Positions 23,691-37,062 of a stretch of 64,000 nucleotides of DNA are shown here, one piece after another. Position 1 is the first letter of the stretch; each line of letters starts with the position of its first letter. The DNA is from Eledone cirrhosa. Its lineage: Eukaryota. Position numbers and translations under genes: made by a program. The stretch covers positions 197,222,001 to 197,286,000 of the forward strand of contig OZ024740.1 in assembly GCA_964016885.1 (NCBI GenBank). Direction: 5' to 3'. A model generated the notes under the pieces. It saw nothing but the letters and a program-made list of their open reading frames with translations, was not told the DNA's origin and searched no databases.

Positions 23691-23825
23691 TATATATATA
23701 AAGTCAAGTGTGAATCTTGTGTACTCACAGGATCATCAGATGACTCTTGTATTCTAGTCTGATACTCTGAGTACATAGAAGAAATACTAGAGCAACAAGA
23801 CTCAAATTTGGCCTTATAGATAGGA

Positions 23826-23856
<31 letters not shown>

Positions 23857-26800
23857 TATATATATATGAGGTTGGTGTTAGGAATGGCATCCAGTTGTAG
23901 AAATCAAACCAGAATCAGTTCCCGTATGAGCAAGACAGGTCAGCCAACCGGACACTGCCCACAACAGGATAACCCGTCTAACCCATGCTAGCGTGGAAGA
24001 ATGGACGTAAAACGGTGATGATGATGATGATAGAGAGAGAGAATTATAGTATGCTCAGGCACAGAAAATAACTGTACAGTCAGATGCTATAAAATAGTTT
24101 ATAAAATAGGGTAAATACACTTAGAGATAGAAAAAGACGAGGGATTGAACCTTGTATCTCCCTGATACTGGCTGAGTGGTTTAGCCCTTGAGCTAAGAGA
24201 CCTCTAATAACACTTTATTGTCTAAATTAAGGAGCTGAATCAGTTTCTTAATTTAGAATCAGCATTTGAAAGGGTCTTCCCCCTATGTTTATTTTATAGC
24301 ATCACCGTAATGAACACACAACTCTATATATTAATATATATTTGTTGAATTGACAGATAGTTATTAAGATAGCATGTGAGTGCTAGTGATTATTCTTTTT
24401 TAAATCAATTATCTAGTCGGTCTAAGTCTGTTAGAGAAACAGTCTGCTCCAAATAATACTAATTGGAAAATCTATTGAAGAACACCCACACTAAACCTAC
24501 AAAACTATGCCATAATATGACCTACATTAACTACTAATAAGAAAAATCCAAATGTCAAATCATCCAATTTTATGGCGGAATACCTTAAAGGTAATTAGAA
24601 AGACCCTTAAAAAATAACATGCTAGTATTACTTAACTTCAAATGAAATACACTGCTTATTATTTTTAAATTCTTTTGAAAATAACCCAAGAATTTAGAGG
24701 GATTTGGTTTAATAACTGTCTCGTTATTAAGCTGGTGTTTGGAACATAACTTAAAAAAAATACTTTTACATAAAACTATGAAGGAAGATTTTTAGACACA
24801 TATAAGCACATAAACAGCTTTGTATCATAGAACTAAAGGTGGTTTCAGGCAGTTTGGTATCAAAAGGGTTAATAAAAGACAAAATATCATGTGTAATACA
24901 AGAAAACCTAAACTTGTTTCTTTCTTTCTTTCTTTTTTTGTTCAAATATAAGATAATACAAAGTTAAGGTCAGCTTTAAGTGCATAAAAATAACATTATT
25001 GTAACTGGTAATGAAACGGTTGAATGAACAAAATATTTGACTAACTACTTATGGATTGTGAGTTCAAATTTGCAGCAAGCATTTTAGAGTGTTTCTAGTC
25101 AAACATTTTTTTAACACTAGCAGCAAATATCTAGTATTGTCTAAGTTCATAAGTAAATTACCACACCAGTGATTATAAAGTGTCTTCTGTTGTTAGAAAT
25201 CTTCTCTTTGAATCTGAGTTTCATTATGATTACAGAAAAGTTTGTGTAATGTTTAAAGGTTAATTTCAAACAAAACAATATACTATATCATCATTCTGTT
25301 TGGTCTATGCATTTGACTCTTGCGAGAAGAATCTATTTCTTACTCAGTCATTTCAGACCCATAATAATTATAATTCAACTGTTGAATACTATTTTTTCTC
25401 CAAACAGATATTTGTATTTAAATTGTAGTACTAAATTCATTATGGTGGGTGTAAAAACGACAACGACGATGATGATGATGATGATACAGTTTTTCAAATA
25501 AAAAAGGTAGCAAGAGATATATATTAATTAAATAACTTTAAAAGCTTATTTATTAATTGTAGAGAACTATCACTGTACTCCATATATTTTAGACAAATGG
25601 TATCTAGTCTGCCATGACATGGAAGAGTTATTTTAGTGATTCTTGCAAAATTATTGTAAATCTTATATATAATTCTCTAGCCGAGTGAAACTATGTACTC
25701 ACTCAACCTGTTAGAAATAGTAGTCAAAGCTCTTTCAAATAACACCTCGCCATCTTGAAAAAGGGACCAACTTATTAGATAGTATCATTCTAGATACAAC
25801 TAGAAGAATCAGCATGGTTTAGACTAAAATATCTTTAATGATAGGTCTAATCAATATGGGCTAACCTGTGGCTAAAAAACAATCATGTTCTATGACTGCC
25901 GAGATGTAGTAGTTGTAGTAATTGAACCATCTCGTTACAATTTCCGAATCCCAACTAAATTTGATTAAAACATAAAGATAACTGAAAACACCTTTTATGG
26001 ATGGTATCCTCTTGTAATTCCTGATGGAGTTGTATTAGATATTATATTGACATATGTTTCTTGGGCAGTTTAAGCCTGGGGTGAAACCTACCCCTCTCTG
26101 AGTACAGCAGATTTATTCCAGAGGAGGTGAGAAAGAGAAAGAGAAAGAGAGGAAGAATTGACCCAGTACTAGACTGGTACGTTTTTTTATCGACCTCAAA
26201 AAGATGAAAGACAAAGCTATCCAGATGGGTTTTGAACTCAGAGAACAGAGAATCAGAACAGATGCCACAAAGCACTCTATCTGATGTTCTAACAACTCTG
26301 CCAATTTGCAGCCTTATGAATACTTGCTCAATATTTGAATTCTTTATTGTTGGAAACAAGATTGAAAGGAAAGGAGTTGATATTATCTGCTGGTCACAAC
26401 TGCTGGCAGAAGGAGCCACAGTAAAATCAAGTATTTTACACAGGAACATAATATGTTGCCTGATGTGGGAGTCAAAACCATAACATTATGACTGTGAGTT
26501 CAACACCCTAACCATAAGGCCATGTACCTAAAAATCCAGATTATATTTTTCACATTTATGAGCCATTCCCCAACATCAAATTATAATAATTATTTGTTTC
26601 TCTTAATTAACAAAGGTGAGATGTAGTTAATTTTTCTCCTATCCCAGCATATTTTTCATATAGTCCAGACAGTTTCACAATTACTAGACTTTCTCTTCAT
26701 GTGGATTTTAATGTATTTTACATTCATTTTTTTCCTTCTATCCTTTTCACTTTTTTGTTTCATGTTAATAACAATTCTCTTAAATTTTTTTCTTTTTGCT

Positions 26801-27419
26801 AATGAAACCATTGAATCTCAGAGTGTATTGAGCTGTGGTTGTTTCCACCTTACTCTACAAGAAGGATTGGCTCCAATTGAAGGCAGTGTTGAGTCGGGTT
26901 GGGACGATGTGTGTTGAAAGTGGTCCTGGTGCTTTATTCTGCATGTTTGTACATAAATACTTTTTCTTAGCAACAATCAATACATTTAGTGTTTCATTGT
27001 CTATTGTTAATGACTTTATTAGGTATGGGATATGAAACCTAGAAATTACTTCAACCTGGTTTTGTTTTTAAATAGATACAATGTCTATATGGCTCAATTT
27101 GTTGTCAGGATAAGAAACAATTCGACCCTCACCAAGCTTGCAGAACTGTAAGAGAGGTTTAATTATATAACTCTGTTTTAGTTAGGTTTTTGATAACCTG
27201 TAATTCTTTCTCTAGGGATAATGGGACACCCAATTGACTTGAATCCCATTAACATATATCTGTAGCTACAGATGGTAAACATAATGTAGATACCACTTCA
27301 ATTTCTCCATCTTTTAGGAAATGTATAACAAGCAAGAATTCCTTGTCCATTGGGAAGATGAGATGTTTCAGTAGTAGTAATAGCAGTATTATTATTATCA
27401 TCATCATCATCATTATTAT

Positions 27420-28830
27420 TTGGCAGTATTGGTAGAGTGTCGGACACCATGCTTATTAGCATAGAATTACGGCCCTTTATGTTCAAATCTCATCGAGGTT
27501 AGCTTTGCCTTTCAACCTTATGGGGTTGATAAAATAAAGTACCAGTCATGCACTGAGGTCAATTTAATCGATTTATCCCTCCCCCAAAATTGCTGGCCTT
27601 GTGCCTATAGTAGAAATCATTATTATTATTAGGGCGGTGGATTGGCAGTATCGGTAGAGGGTCGGACGTCATGCTTTGACACATAGAGTTACTGCCCTTT
27701 CCATTTTGAGTTCAAATCCTGCCACGGTCAACTTTGCCTTTCATCCTTACGGGGTCGATAAAATAAAGTACCAGTAATGTACTGGGTAATTGCTGGCCTT
27801 GTGCCAAAAGTAGAAACAATTATTATTATTAGTAGTAATAATAGTCATAAGCAGTCCAATAATTAGCAATTTTTCTCATTTCTTAACACTATTTTGTATT
27901 TCTTGCTCGTTTCAGCTTTGAAGAGATTTCTTATATTTTGCCAATATTTCCACTCCAGCTGGCCAAATTATTGATGGAATCAATCTGAAAGTAACATTCT
28001 TTGTGTGTGTGTATTTGAATTTGAAAGCTCTGCCATTTGGGTACATGGCAAAGATGGAAACTAAGAGAAGAAAGGAAGAAATTAATCTATTTTATGCATA
28101 TTCTATAGAAATAACTGTCCCTCTTTGTCTCCCACTCTATACATAATAGATTGAAACATTGTCATTTAAGTTTGTAATGTTGCACTTGGGAGTGGGGCGT
28201 TTGTAAATATATCTTTTATATAATAATTTTTCTGATTGTTCTCTAATAAATTTCCAGCTTTACAGGTTTCTAAATAAAAAATAAAAATTCAAAACAATTA
28301 ATAAAAAAAAAAGTTATGAAATTTTTGAATGTCATTAGTCATAATTGTTATGGTGGTCTATGGGAAATAACTGTGTAACTTTCTCCTCTACCTCAATAAA
28401 TTATCTCCTCTCATTATTATTGGATTGGCAGTATCGGTAGAGGGTCGGACGCCATGCTTTCCAGCATAGTTACGTCCCTTTACGATCTGAGTTCAAATCC
28501 CGCCGAGGTTGACTTTGCCTTTCATCCTTACGGGGTCGATAAAATAAAGTACCAGTAATGCACTGGGTTATTGCTGGCCTTGTGCCAAAAGTAGAAACAA
28601 TTATTATTAAATTACGGCGGTGGATTTTGCAGTATCGGTAGATGGTCGGGCGCGATGCTTTGGAACAGAGTTACGTCCCTTTGCGGCCTGAATTCAAAAT
28701 ACCGCCGAAGTTAACTTTGCCTTTCATTCTTACGGGGTCAATAAAATAAAGCACCAGTAATGTACTGAGGTAATTGTTGGCCTTGTGCCAAAAGTAGAAA
28801 CAATTATTAAATTACGGCCATATTATTATT
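27420..28830 (+). mobile_element. Cluster of four tRNA-derived SINEs as two tandem pairs (~27420-27630, 27632-27830, 28421-28610, 28616-28810)
   Basis: tggcagtatcggtagag (A-box), gagttcaaatcc (B-box), actttgcctttcatccttacggggtcgataaaataaagtaccag and an (ATT)n tail. Other copies lie at about 26160-26320(-), 42930-43050(-), 50735-50795, 56388-56580 and 57540-57740. Confidence 0.9.
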
Positions 28831-29430
28831 ATTAAAGTGCTGCCTTCAAAGAAATTTATTAAAAGGCGGGTGTGAGAGGCGAGCGTGAGTCTGTAGATTG
28901 GAAGAGTACAACTGGGACAGGGGACCCGTGGTTTTATGGGTTCTTTTACACAACGGACCCCCGAACGTCTTCTCCCTATTGAGGAACCTCCTTTGTTTTC
29001 ATTTTATTGTTATTTTCCTTTTTTAACATTTGATAAAATTTGTTTATACACAAAACCCACACACTCTATATTTTCGTCATGTGCTATCAATGTTTTTTTT
29101 TATGTAAACCCTTTGTGGTTAATAAAGAAATCATTTATCATTATTATTGCATAGACATAATAACAGCTGGGGGTGGAATTAAAGGAATTCCTCACAAAAA
29201 CAAAAATCAACCACCTCCTGATACACACAACACTAGGAGACTACGCAGAACGCTTAGAAAGGTTTCCATGAAAAAGACTTTAGAGAGACGCCTAAATCAA
29301 AAATGCTTCAAGAGCCTTTGAGGCACACACAGCAGGAAAAGCCCTAAGGCTTCAGATCGAAAGGGTTACCACAAAATCAGAGTATGTGACCCACTCCCAT
29401 TTTCCTTTTGTTTCGTCTCATCCTCCTTGA

Positions 29431-30430
29431 ATGGCCATACTCAGAGTGGGTTGCATAAATGTATATGGCCTGGGGTTGAAAGGGAAGCAGAGTCACCTAC
29501 TCAATGATTTAAGGGCACTAAATTTGGATGTGGTAGCTATTAGCAAGTCAAGGATTTCCAAGATATATCCACTAGCTCTGCTTCTGGATGACTACAAAGT
29601 CTATGTCTCTTGTAGTTGGCCTGGTTCGATTGGTGTAGCAGTGCTCTTTTGAAATGCCTTGACCTAGAGGCAAGAACTGTTTTCCTAAAACTGGGAGCAG
29701 CAGTGAAGGTAATGGAGGTTCTTTCAGACAAGTGGCAGCTTATGTCCCAACAGAAGCTGGAAGACTAGACTTCTTTAGATGGTTAGCAAATTTCCTGGGA
29801 ACATTTTGCTCATTAGTATTAGGGAGAGATTGGAACAGCATCTTGGATGCAAGAAGGCATTATGAGGGGGTAGTCAACAGGACAGGGTGGTTCAAAAACT
29901 TTACAAACCTGTACAGGCACTTTCAACTGTCACACAAGTTTCGTCTGGATTTCTCAAATGCATTAATGTGTACTTGGACAATTGCAGCGGGTCATCCAGA
30001 TAGAACAAGTGTGAATTGTCCAGGTTCAGATAGTAAGATATACAATCAACTTAAAACAGATTAATAGACAGGGCTCTGGCTTCCCAGCGCAGGAAGAATT
30101 AAGAGACTGGATTAGCCAACTAGTGAAATGAGGACTGATGGGGGTGATCATAAACAAAAAAATTAGAATAGTGTTAATGAGGTTCAGAAAAGAGTTGGAA
30201 ATAGAAAACCACAGAGTAGAGAAAGAACTAGTCAGTTGTTTAGAAGAAGTGTATAGAAGCAGCATCACAACTGATGTGGTAGCAGTGAGAATGGCCCATG
30301 ACCATTTTTTCGATATGAAACATGAAGGATTGTGTTGTCTGGGTTAGGGCATGTGCATTAAAGGCTGAAGCTTCAAGAGCAGTTCAATGGGGCTGGGTGG
30401 CAGAAGTACAATGTGGAACAAAAGCCACAA
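29431..30430 (+). mobile_element. Tx1/L1-clade ORF2 endonuclease relic
   Basis: MAILRVGCINVYGL...LNLDVVAISKSR and AAYVP...RLDFF...LVLGRDWNSILDARRH, APE motifs of the L1/Tx1 type, with stops and frameshifts. Confidence 0.75.
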
Positions 30431-31491
30431 TCTAATCTGAGACGGATTGCAATTGATAGATTGTCAGGTTGATATATATATATGAAAAAATTCAGGACAC
30501 CGACGGATCTGGCTGTTGAAGTGGCCAGAGCTCGGATATGTCAGGGTCCTAAATTTGTTCATATTGCCACTCTACTACCCCAAGTATCAAGTACTCTGGT
30601 AAGTAATGGTCTAACTGGTTTTTACCACCTCCAATCTGATATATATATATATATATGCATATATTATGTACAGTGTAACTAAATTTCGTAATAAATATAT
30701 ATTTATATGTATATCTATCTATATATGCATGTATATCTATATCTACCGATCTGTCTCTCTCTGTGGATAGATTGGCAGTTCAACAAAGATGTAGATAGAT
30801 GGACTGACATAGAGATGTAGATGGGTGAGTGTCTTTCCCTCCCTCAACCCCTTCTCCATACTTTCGCTATTCAATCACTTTTTTTTCATCAACTTATATA
30901 ATCCATGTCGAATGAAACCTTTTTAATTCTGAAAAATGTATGGAAAAAAGCTTTCAGAGGAAGTTGTTCATGCTTTCAGCTCCTGATTACCTCCCTTGAA
31001 TATGCTTGCGTGATCTCACTTTTCAAGCACACAATTCGAGGTTCAATCCCACAGTATGTTACTGGTAAATGTGTATTGTGTGTGTGTGCCTTGGATTTAT
31101 ATCCTATGTGTACAAAGTGTGTATACATACTTTATATCACTGTGTTTTCATCAGTATAAGGGACAACAATACTAGTTGCGTTCCTTGTTTTAACAAAAAT
31201 ATAAGAGAAAATAACATTACAAATGAAAACTTAGAAAATCAGACATGAAAACCTTTTGAAAAGCTGTTTAAGCAAAACCAGTAAAGTACAAAAACTTTTT
31301 TGACGTGAAAACATATTTTTCGTTGTGTACTATACACGTATGTATCATCATCATTTCATGCCCATCTTCCACGCTAGCATGCTTTTTTCAAATCTGTATT
31401 ATTATTATTTTTCCAATATATATATATATATATAATAAATCAAGAAAGAAGAGTGACATGGTTTGCTATACAATAAGGGCTTTATTCACTT

Positions 31492-31599
31492 TGCTGACAA
31501 TTGTTTCTCTGAACTGGTAGGTCTAGAGATCGCTACCCGCCGGTTTTTGCGTCAATCGATCACCAATACTTTGTTATAACCAGTCTATTCATCAGAGCA
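31492..31599 (-). ncRNA. Candidate type-I hammerhead ribozyme (intact core)
   Basis: Minus strand: UGCU-CUGAUGA-auagacuggu...accaguucaga-GAAA-CAAUUG-UC-AGCA. GUC cleavage triplet and palindromic stem III; the base of stem II is imperfect. Confidence 0.68.
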
Positions 31600-32672
31600 T
31601 GCGAGAATGAAGGATATACACAGGCATGGCTTCTATATATAGTAGTGGCATTAAATCAGAACAATAATAACAATACTCAAATAAATTAGCTAGATAGTAA
31701 ATAGTTAAAACAATCACAACATCAATCTAAGTAGGAAATAGAGTATACTGATGACTTTAGCATGTAAAATGAACTGATCCGAAACAGATGTATGAAATTG
31801 TCATATGAAAGCTGTCATGGGGTACATTATATATAGTGTAGAGATAACCTGGGGCTTGAAACAATGGACCATTTACTTTACTGTAGGTTTACTGACCGTA
31901 GGATTTATTTATTATCTAACAGATAAAATATTTTCATTGTAGTGAGGATGGTAATTTTTATGTGGTGTAAAGTGGATTCATTATTTAAGTGATCTATATT
32001 AGATGTAGGGATTGTTAGTTCGAATCATGGGGGTTGTTTAGCTTTCACAGCATCAATAACAAATCTTGCATGAATAAGACAACAATAACAACAATAAGGT
32101 AATACAGAGGTTAAGAAAGCAAGGTATATATAGAGAACATGATGAATACTATTACAGATACATTGGGGTGTTCATTATAACAACAGGAGGAAGGTGATAT
32201 TTCAAGGATTGTGGTAGTAGTAAAATAATGTACTTAGAATTAAGTTCATCTGTTGAAAATCATGAGTGCTAATGTGAGGAGTTGGTGTTGACAGCAGCTG
32301 AGAAGAGATATATTTATGGGTTGATAAGATATTTGCAGACATTACTGTGGTATAGAATTAAGGAGGCTAGAAGCTGTTTAGAGAATTTTATAGTTCTGTG
32401 GTGGTCTGTGTGAGAGTGCGGATTTCATATATTGAATGCTAAGTTATGTTGGTTCGAATCACGGTGGCTTAAATCTTGTGAATTTAGTAGCAATCCTGTA
32501 TCTGCAAAAAATTGCTAAACTCATCAGTATACTCTATTTCTTACTTTGATTGATGTGATTGTTTTAACTATTTACTATTTAGCTAATTTATTTGAGTATT
32601 GTTATTATTGTTCTGATTTAATGCCACTACTATATATAGAAGCCATGCCTGTGTATATCCTTCATTCTCGCA

Positions 32673-32780
32673 TGCTCCGATGAATAGACTGGTTATAACA
32701 AAGTATTGGTGATCGATTGACGCAAAAACAGGCGGGTAGCGATCTCTAGACCTACCAGTTCAGAGAAACAATTGTCAGCA
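32673..32780 (+). ncRNA. Hammerhead copy with core mutation (CCGAUGA)
   Basis: tgct-CCGATGA-atagactggt...accagttcaga-GAAA-caattg-TC-agca; inverted twin of 31492-31599. Confidence 0.6.
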
Positions 32781-33019
32781 ATGTGAATAAAGCCCTTATT
32801 GTATAGCAAACCATGTCGCTCTTCTTTCTTGATTTATTATTACTCCAAGTGTAAACTACATAGAAATCACCGCGTACTCACAGCATCACTATGGAAACGT
32901 ATTGTTGAGTCAAACTTAGCCAAGCGTTAGTACTATCCACTACCCGGAGTACCCTAACTGGACTACATCTAAGTGGATTACCTATAACAATTTGTTATCC
33001 CGTATATATATATATATAT

Positions 33020-34684
33020 ATCATCATCATCATCATCATTTTACGTCTGCTTTTCCCTGCTTGCAAGGGTGGGATGGGTCTTATTCAGCACAGCATCTCT
33101 CCACTCGTCACAGTCCCTCGTCATCTCCACCGTGAGCTTCAATGATCTGAGGTCTGTTCTCACCACCTCCGCCCATGTTTTTCGTGGTTTACCTCTACCA
33201 CGTCTTCCTTCAACTGGCAATTCCTGGCACTTCTTCACCCATCGGTCATCCTCCATGAGCATCACATGTCCATACCACCTCAGTCTCCTCTCCCGTACAC
33301 TACATTCTATCCCTCTCATACACAGTTTCTCTCTCAACACATTTATGCTGGGTCGTTCACGCACATGCTTGCCTCATTTCTCTCCAGTCGTCGCATATCC
33401 TCTGCAGTTGCTGCCCATGTCTCACTACCATGCAGCATCGCGCTCCTCACACAGGCATCATACAACCGGCCTTTCATACGCAGGGAGAAACCCTTCGTCA
33501 ACAGAGGAAGCAGCTCCCTAAACTTCTTCCAACCCATCCTTATTCTAGATACTATGGCCTCGGAACACCCTCCTCCCATGTTAATCTGATCTCCTAGGTA
33601 CCGGAAGCTATCCACCACTTCTATAGCGCCCTCTTGTATTTGAAAAATGTGTCTATCAGTGCGACTTCTACTGTCTAATTTCCCTGTACATCTACTGCAT
33701 ACATATTTCTCCCTACCTGTTAGTCTGCCTGCTATCCCACTACATCTCTTGTGTACCCAGGATCTGCATTGTGTGCATTTTATAGAATTTATGCCAGTTC
33801 CTTTTCTGCATATCGAACATGGCCATTTCCCTGACGGAATCAGAGTTTTGTCCTCTTTTCTACTCATCAACACTTTTGTCTTAGCTAGATTCACTCTCAG
33901 TCCTCTTGCTTCCAACTGCTGTTTCCATAGCCAGAATTTATTCTCTAGCTCCTCTACTGATTCTGCTATAAGAACCAGATCGTCAGCATAGAGAAGTTCC
34001 CATGGACAGCCAGTCTTAAACTCCTCTGTTATGGCTTGGAGGACTATAATGAACAAGAACGGGCTGAGGACCGAACCCTGATGTACTCCTACTTGTATCT
34101 GGAATTCCTCACTAAACTCCATTCCTACCCTTACTTTATAGAGTACCTCTGTACAAAGTTTGCACTGTCCTCACAAGCCATTCCTCAACACCTAGCTTCC
34201 TTAGGGACCACCAGATGACAGATCGGGGTACCCTATCAAAGGCCTTCTCTAGGTCAACAAAGGCTAAGTATAGTGGCTTATTCTTCTCTAAGAACCTCTC
34301 TTGCAATTGTCTCACCAAGAAGAGGGCATCTGTTGTACTCTTCCCAGGCACAAAACCAAACTACATCTCATCTAGTTTGACCCTTTCTCTAATTAGTTGT
34401 GCTAAAATCCTTTCTGCCACTGTCATAACCTGATCTATCAGTTTTATACCCCTATAATTGCTCCTCTCCAAAGCATCCCCTTTACCTTTGTAGCAATTTA
34501 TGAGAATACTGCTGCACCAGTCTTTGGGTATGACACCACCATATATAGCCTGATTGATGATGCGTGCAACCAGTTTAGTGCCTACGTCCCCTGATGCCTT
34601 CAGCATCTCAGCAACTATTCCCGATGGTCCGGCAGCCTTACCATTTTTCATTTCCCTAATCGCCTCTTGGACCCTATATTCGTC
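33020..34684 (-). mobile_element. RTE-clade LINE family B, 5'-truncated
   Basis: ORFs 34361-34708, 34136-34351, 33343-34122 (YADD, PHD-like insert, FRYLG) and 33041-33364. Distinct from family A, with a very short 3' UTR, a (GAT)n tail and (TA)n on both flanks. Confidence 0.95.
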
Positions 34685-35145
34685 ATATATATATATATAT
34701 ACACACAAGTATATTTGAAAAGGGGTAAGGTTCTATACAAAACAGAGGTTATAGAAAAAAAAAGTAATAATGGAAGCAGCACAGAAATATATTTAAGCAA
34801 CCTTTTTTTTCTTTTTTAATCCGTCAAAGTAACAGTTTTGAAAAATGGTGAACAATTTTAAAAAAAAAAGGAGTTTCATAAAATATTACCGGTTTTGATG
34901 TAATCCATCTAATGAAATATTAAATGTTACAATTAAAATAAAAAAAGAAAAACAAGAATTAAAAACTAAGTGTTGAAGAAGGTCTGTTCATATTTCATGT
35001 TGAGAGGAAGACTGGGTAACTTTAGAAAAAGTACCTTATATATGTCATCATCATCATCGTTTAACGTCTATCTTCCACGCTAGCAGGGGTTTATATATAA
35101 TAATAGTAATAAACAAAAGATATAACTTTATAACATCACTATTTA

Positions 35146-35219
35146 TTTCATTATATATATTTCGGAGATGCAAAAATTTATGCTTAACATAAATCAGAGC
35201 ATACCTTCTTCAGACAAAA
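35146..35219 (-). ncRNA. Candidate type-I hammerhead ribozyme
   Basis: Minus strand: UUUUGU-CUGAAGA-agguaugc...gcaucucc-GAAA-UAUAUA-UA-AUGAAA. Stem I pairs with two GU wobbles and stem III is palindromic. Confidence 0.55.
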
Positions 35220-35461
35220 TACATATGAGATGTATAAATTGTTTGATATACTCGCAAGAGTGATCTTTACAGATCAGTGACAAGCGGGTTATATGATTTA
35301 AAAATCTCAAAATTTCCTAGGATGTAATATTGGGAAAAATAAAAATAAATACAGTTAATTTAAACACTTCATATGTTTTAAAAATAGTATAATTAGATTG
35401 GTCATAAAAAAAGACTGTTATATAATATACACATAGATCGATATATATATATATATTATAT

Positions 35462-37062
35462 GGCACACTGACAATTCCGCGCAGGACAATTCAGCGCATG
35501 ACAATTTAGCGCAAAGACAATTCAGTGCAAGGAAGCAAATACAAGGACAATTGAAGAAAAGGAATAACGAAATTAGATTTTGAGTTTAAACATTTTATTG
35601 ACAGACAATAATTAAGATAAAAGATTTATTGAAATAGCATACTAAAATAAGATATATTTATGGAAATATGAATACAAAAAAAATATTTTTATAGAAATAT
35701 TAATAATAATTTACTTCTGTAGTTCAATTTGGTAACTTAGAGTGCGCAAGTACTCCAACTTATCGGCTCGATTTCCATACTCAGTCACTAACGTCATTAT
35801 CGCTTTATGAGTCCTTTGATATTTTGCTTGTTTGGAGACATCCTCGTGTCTAGCTCTGGTTCTTAATATCCTGGAATGCCTTTTCAAAATCACAGAGCAT
35901 AGTATCTGGCTTCAGATCCGGGTATAAATTCAAAATAGTCCTTAATGCTCTCTCATATGATTCCTCTGTTTTATTTTGCAATAGTATATATATCACTGGA
36001 AAAACACGTCCTTCACAAAGCATATGAATAACATAAAGTTGGTAGAAAAGGCGCGAGGCTACTTTAAATGTACCGTCTGCAAGCCAGTTTTTGTATTCTT
36101 TAAGGTGTTCAATATTTTTTTCAGTCGAAAATATCAACATTCTTTTGGTATCGTCACTGCCGGAATCGTGCAATAAAAAAGGTTCGCCACTGTGTGTTAC
36201 ACGCAAATGTTCAGGTAATACAATATCAGGTGCTGGAATTGACTCACCATCTTGTTTTCTACGGCGCTGAATACTTCGTTGCAATGAAGTATACTTAGGG
36301 AGTAAAATTGTTGCTTCATCTGGCAAAGAGACTTGCGCCTTTTGGATCATTCTTCTCGGGACATCATTAGATGCACCAGCTCGTTCACGTATGTTTGAAA
36401 CCATCTGCTTCATCCTTGATACTGCTGGCTGCGGCACATGGGTATGCGTTGTAATATCTTCCCATAAACTTTCATTAACATGGATACGACCTTTACATTT
36501 GTCTTCAGTACAACGCCAAGACTCTTTTCCATTTCTAAGTTTTCTATCTAAACGATAGCAGAATCCACTTAATAAAATCTGCTCCCGTCCTTTCTCTGAT
36601 AATATCCGCTCCATAGGGCTCGTTTTTTAGTCTTAACTTGGTAAATGTTTATAACCAACTGGATTCCTAAAAAGGAAGTACCACAAATAATGTGTGTGTG
36701 TGAAGAACTTTCTCGCTGAATCGCGGTCTTCAAACTGATTTGTATGTGCTGTGTGGTTCTATATAAATGGATTTGGTGTGTTTGTGGGTGGGTGGGGTTT
36801 TAATATGTGTAGGAATGGGGGAGTGTTGAAAGCGGTTGAAAGTGTTGAAACCACAAGTGAAGTCATTCTATTTCCTTTTTTAAATATATATATATAAACC
36901 CATGCAAGCGTGGAACATGGACGTTAAACGATGATGATGACGATGATGATGATATACACTAACACACACATTATATATCGTATTGCATTGTCCTTGCGCT
37001 GAATTGTCGTTGCGCTAAATTGTCATGTGCTGAGTTGTCCTGCACGGAATTGTCGGTTCACG
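35462..37062 (-). mobile_element. Mutator-like (MULE) DNA transposon
   Basis: TIRs of about 70 bp built from gacaatt(c/t)agcgca subrepeats. The 9-bp TSD ATATTATAT lies at 35453-35461 and 37063-37071. Confidence 0.92.
35711..36614 (-). pseudogene. FLYWCH-MULE transposase, internally deleted and frameshifted
   Basis: FLYWCH region FCYRLDRK...WRC....CKGRIH...H.H; MULE core WLADGTFK...YQLYVIH...FPVIYILL..KT..SY...CDFEKA. It then jumps to a C-terminal LEYLRTLSY piece. Confidence 0.9.

Larger units (their letters stand above)
31432..33002 (+). mobile_element. Penelope-like element relic with inverted terminal duplication of about 330 bp
   Basis: 31432-31762 is the reverse complement of about 32512-32840. 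Both arms carry a hammerhead motif, and (TA)n flanks both ends. No ORF is recognisable, so the family call is inference. Confidence 0.65.

Noticed and set aside
26850-27290. Possible host exons on the minus strand
   Set aside because: AG acceptors and short open frames exist, but there is no recognisable protein or consistent exon chain.
27910-28000. cagct-TTGAAGA-gatt...aatct-GAAA hammerhead-like text
   Set aside because: The core is mutated and there is no 3' stem I partner.
31745-31795. Second hammerhead (CUGAUGA...GAAACAGAUGUA) across the inversion junction
   Set aside because: Stems I and II do not pair convincingly.
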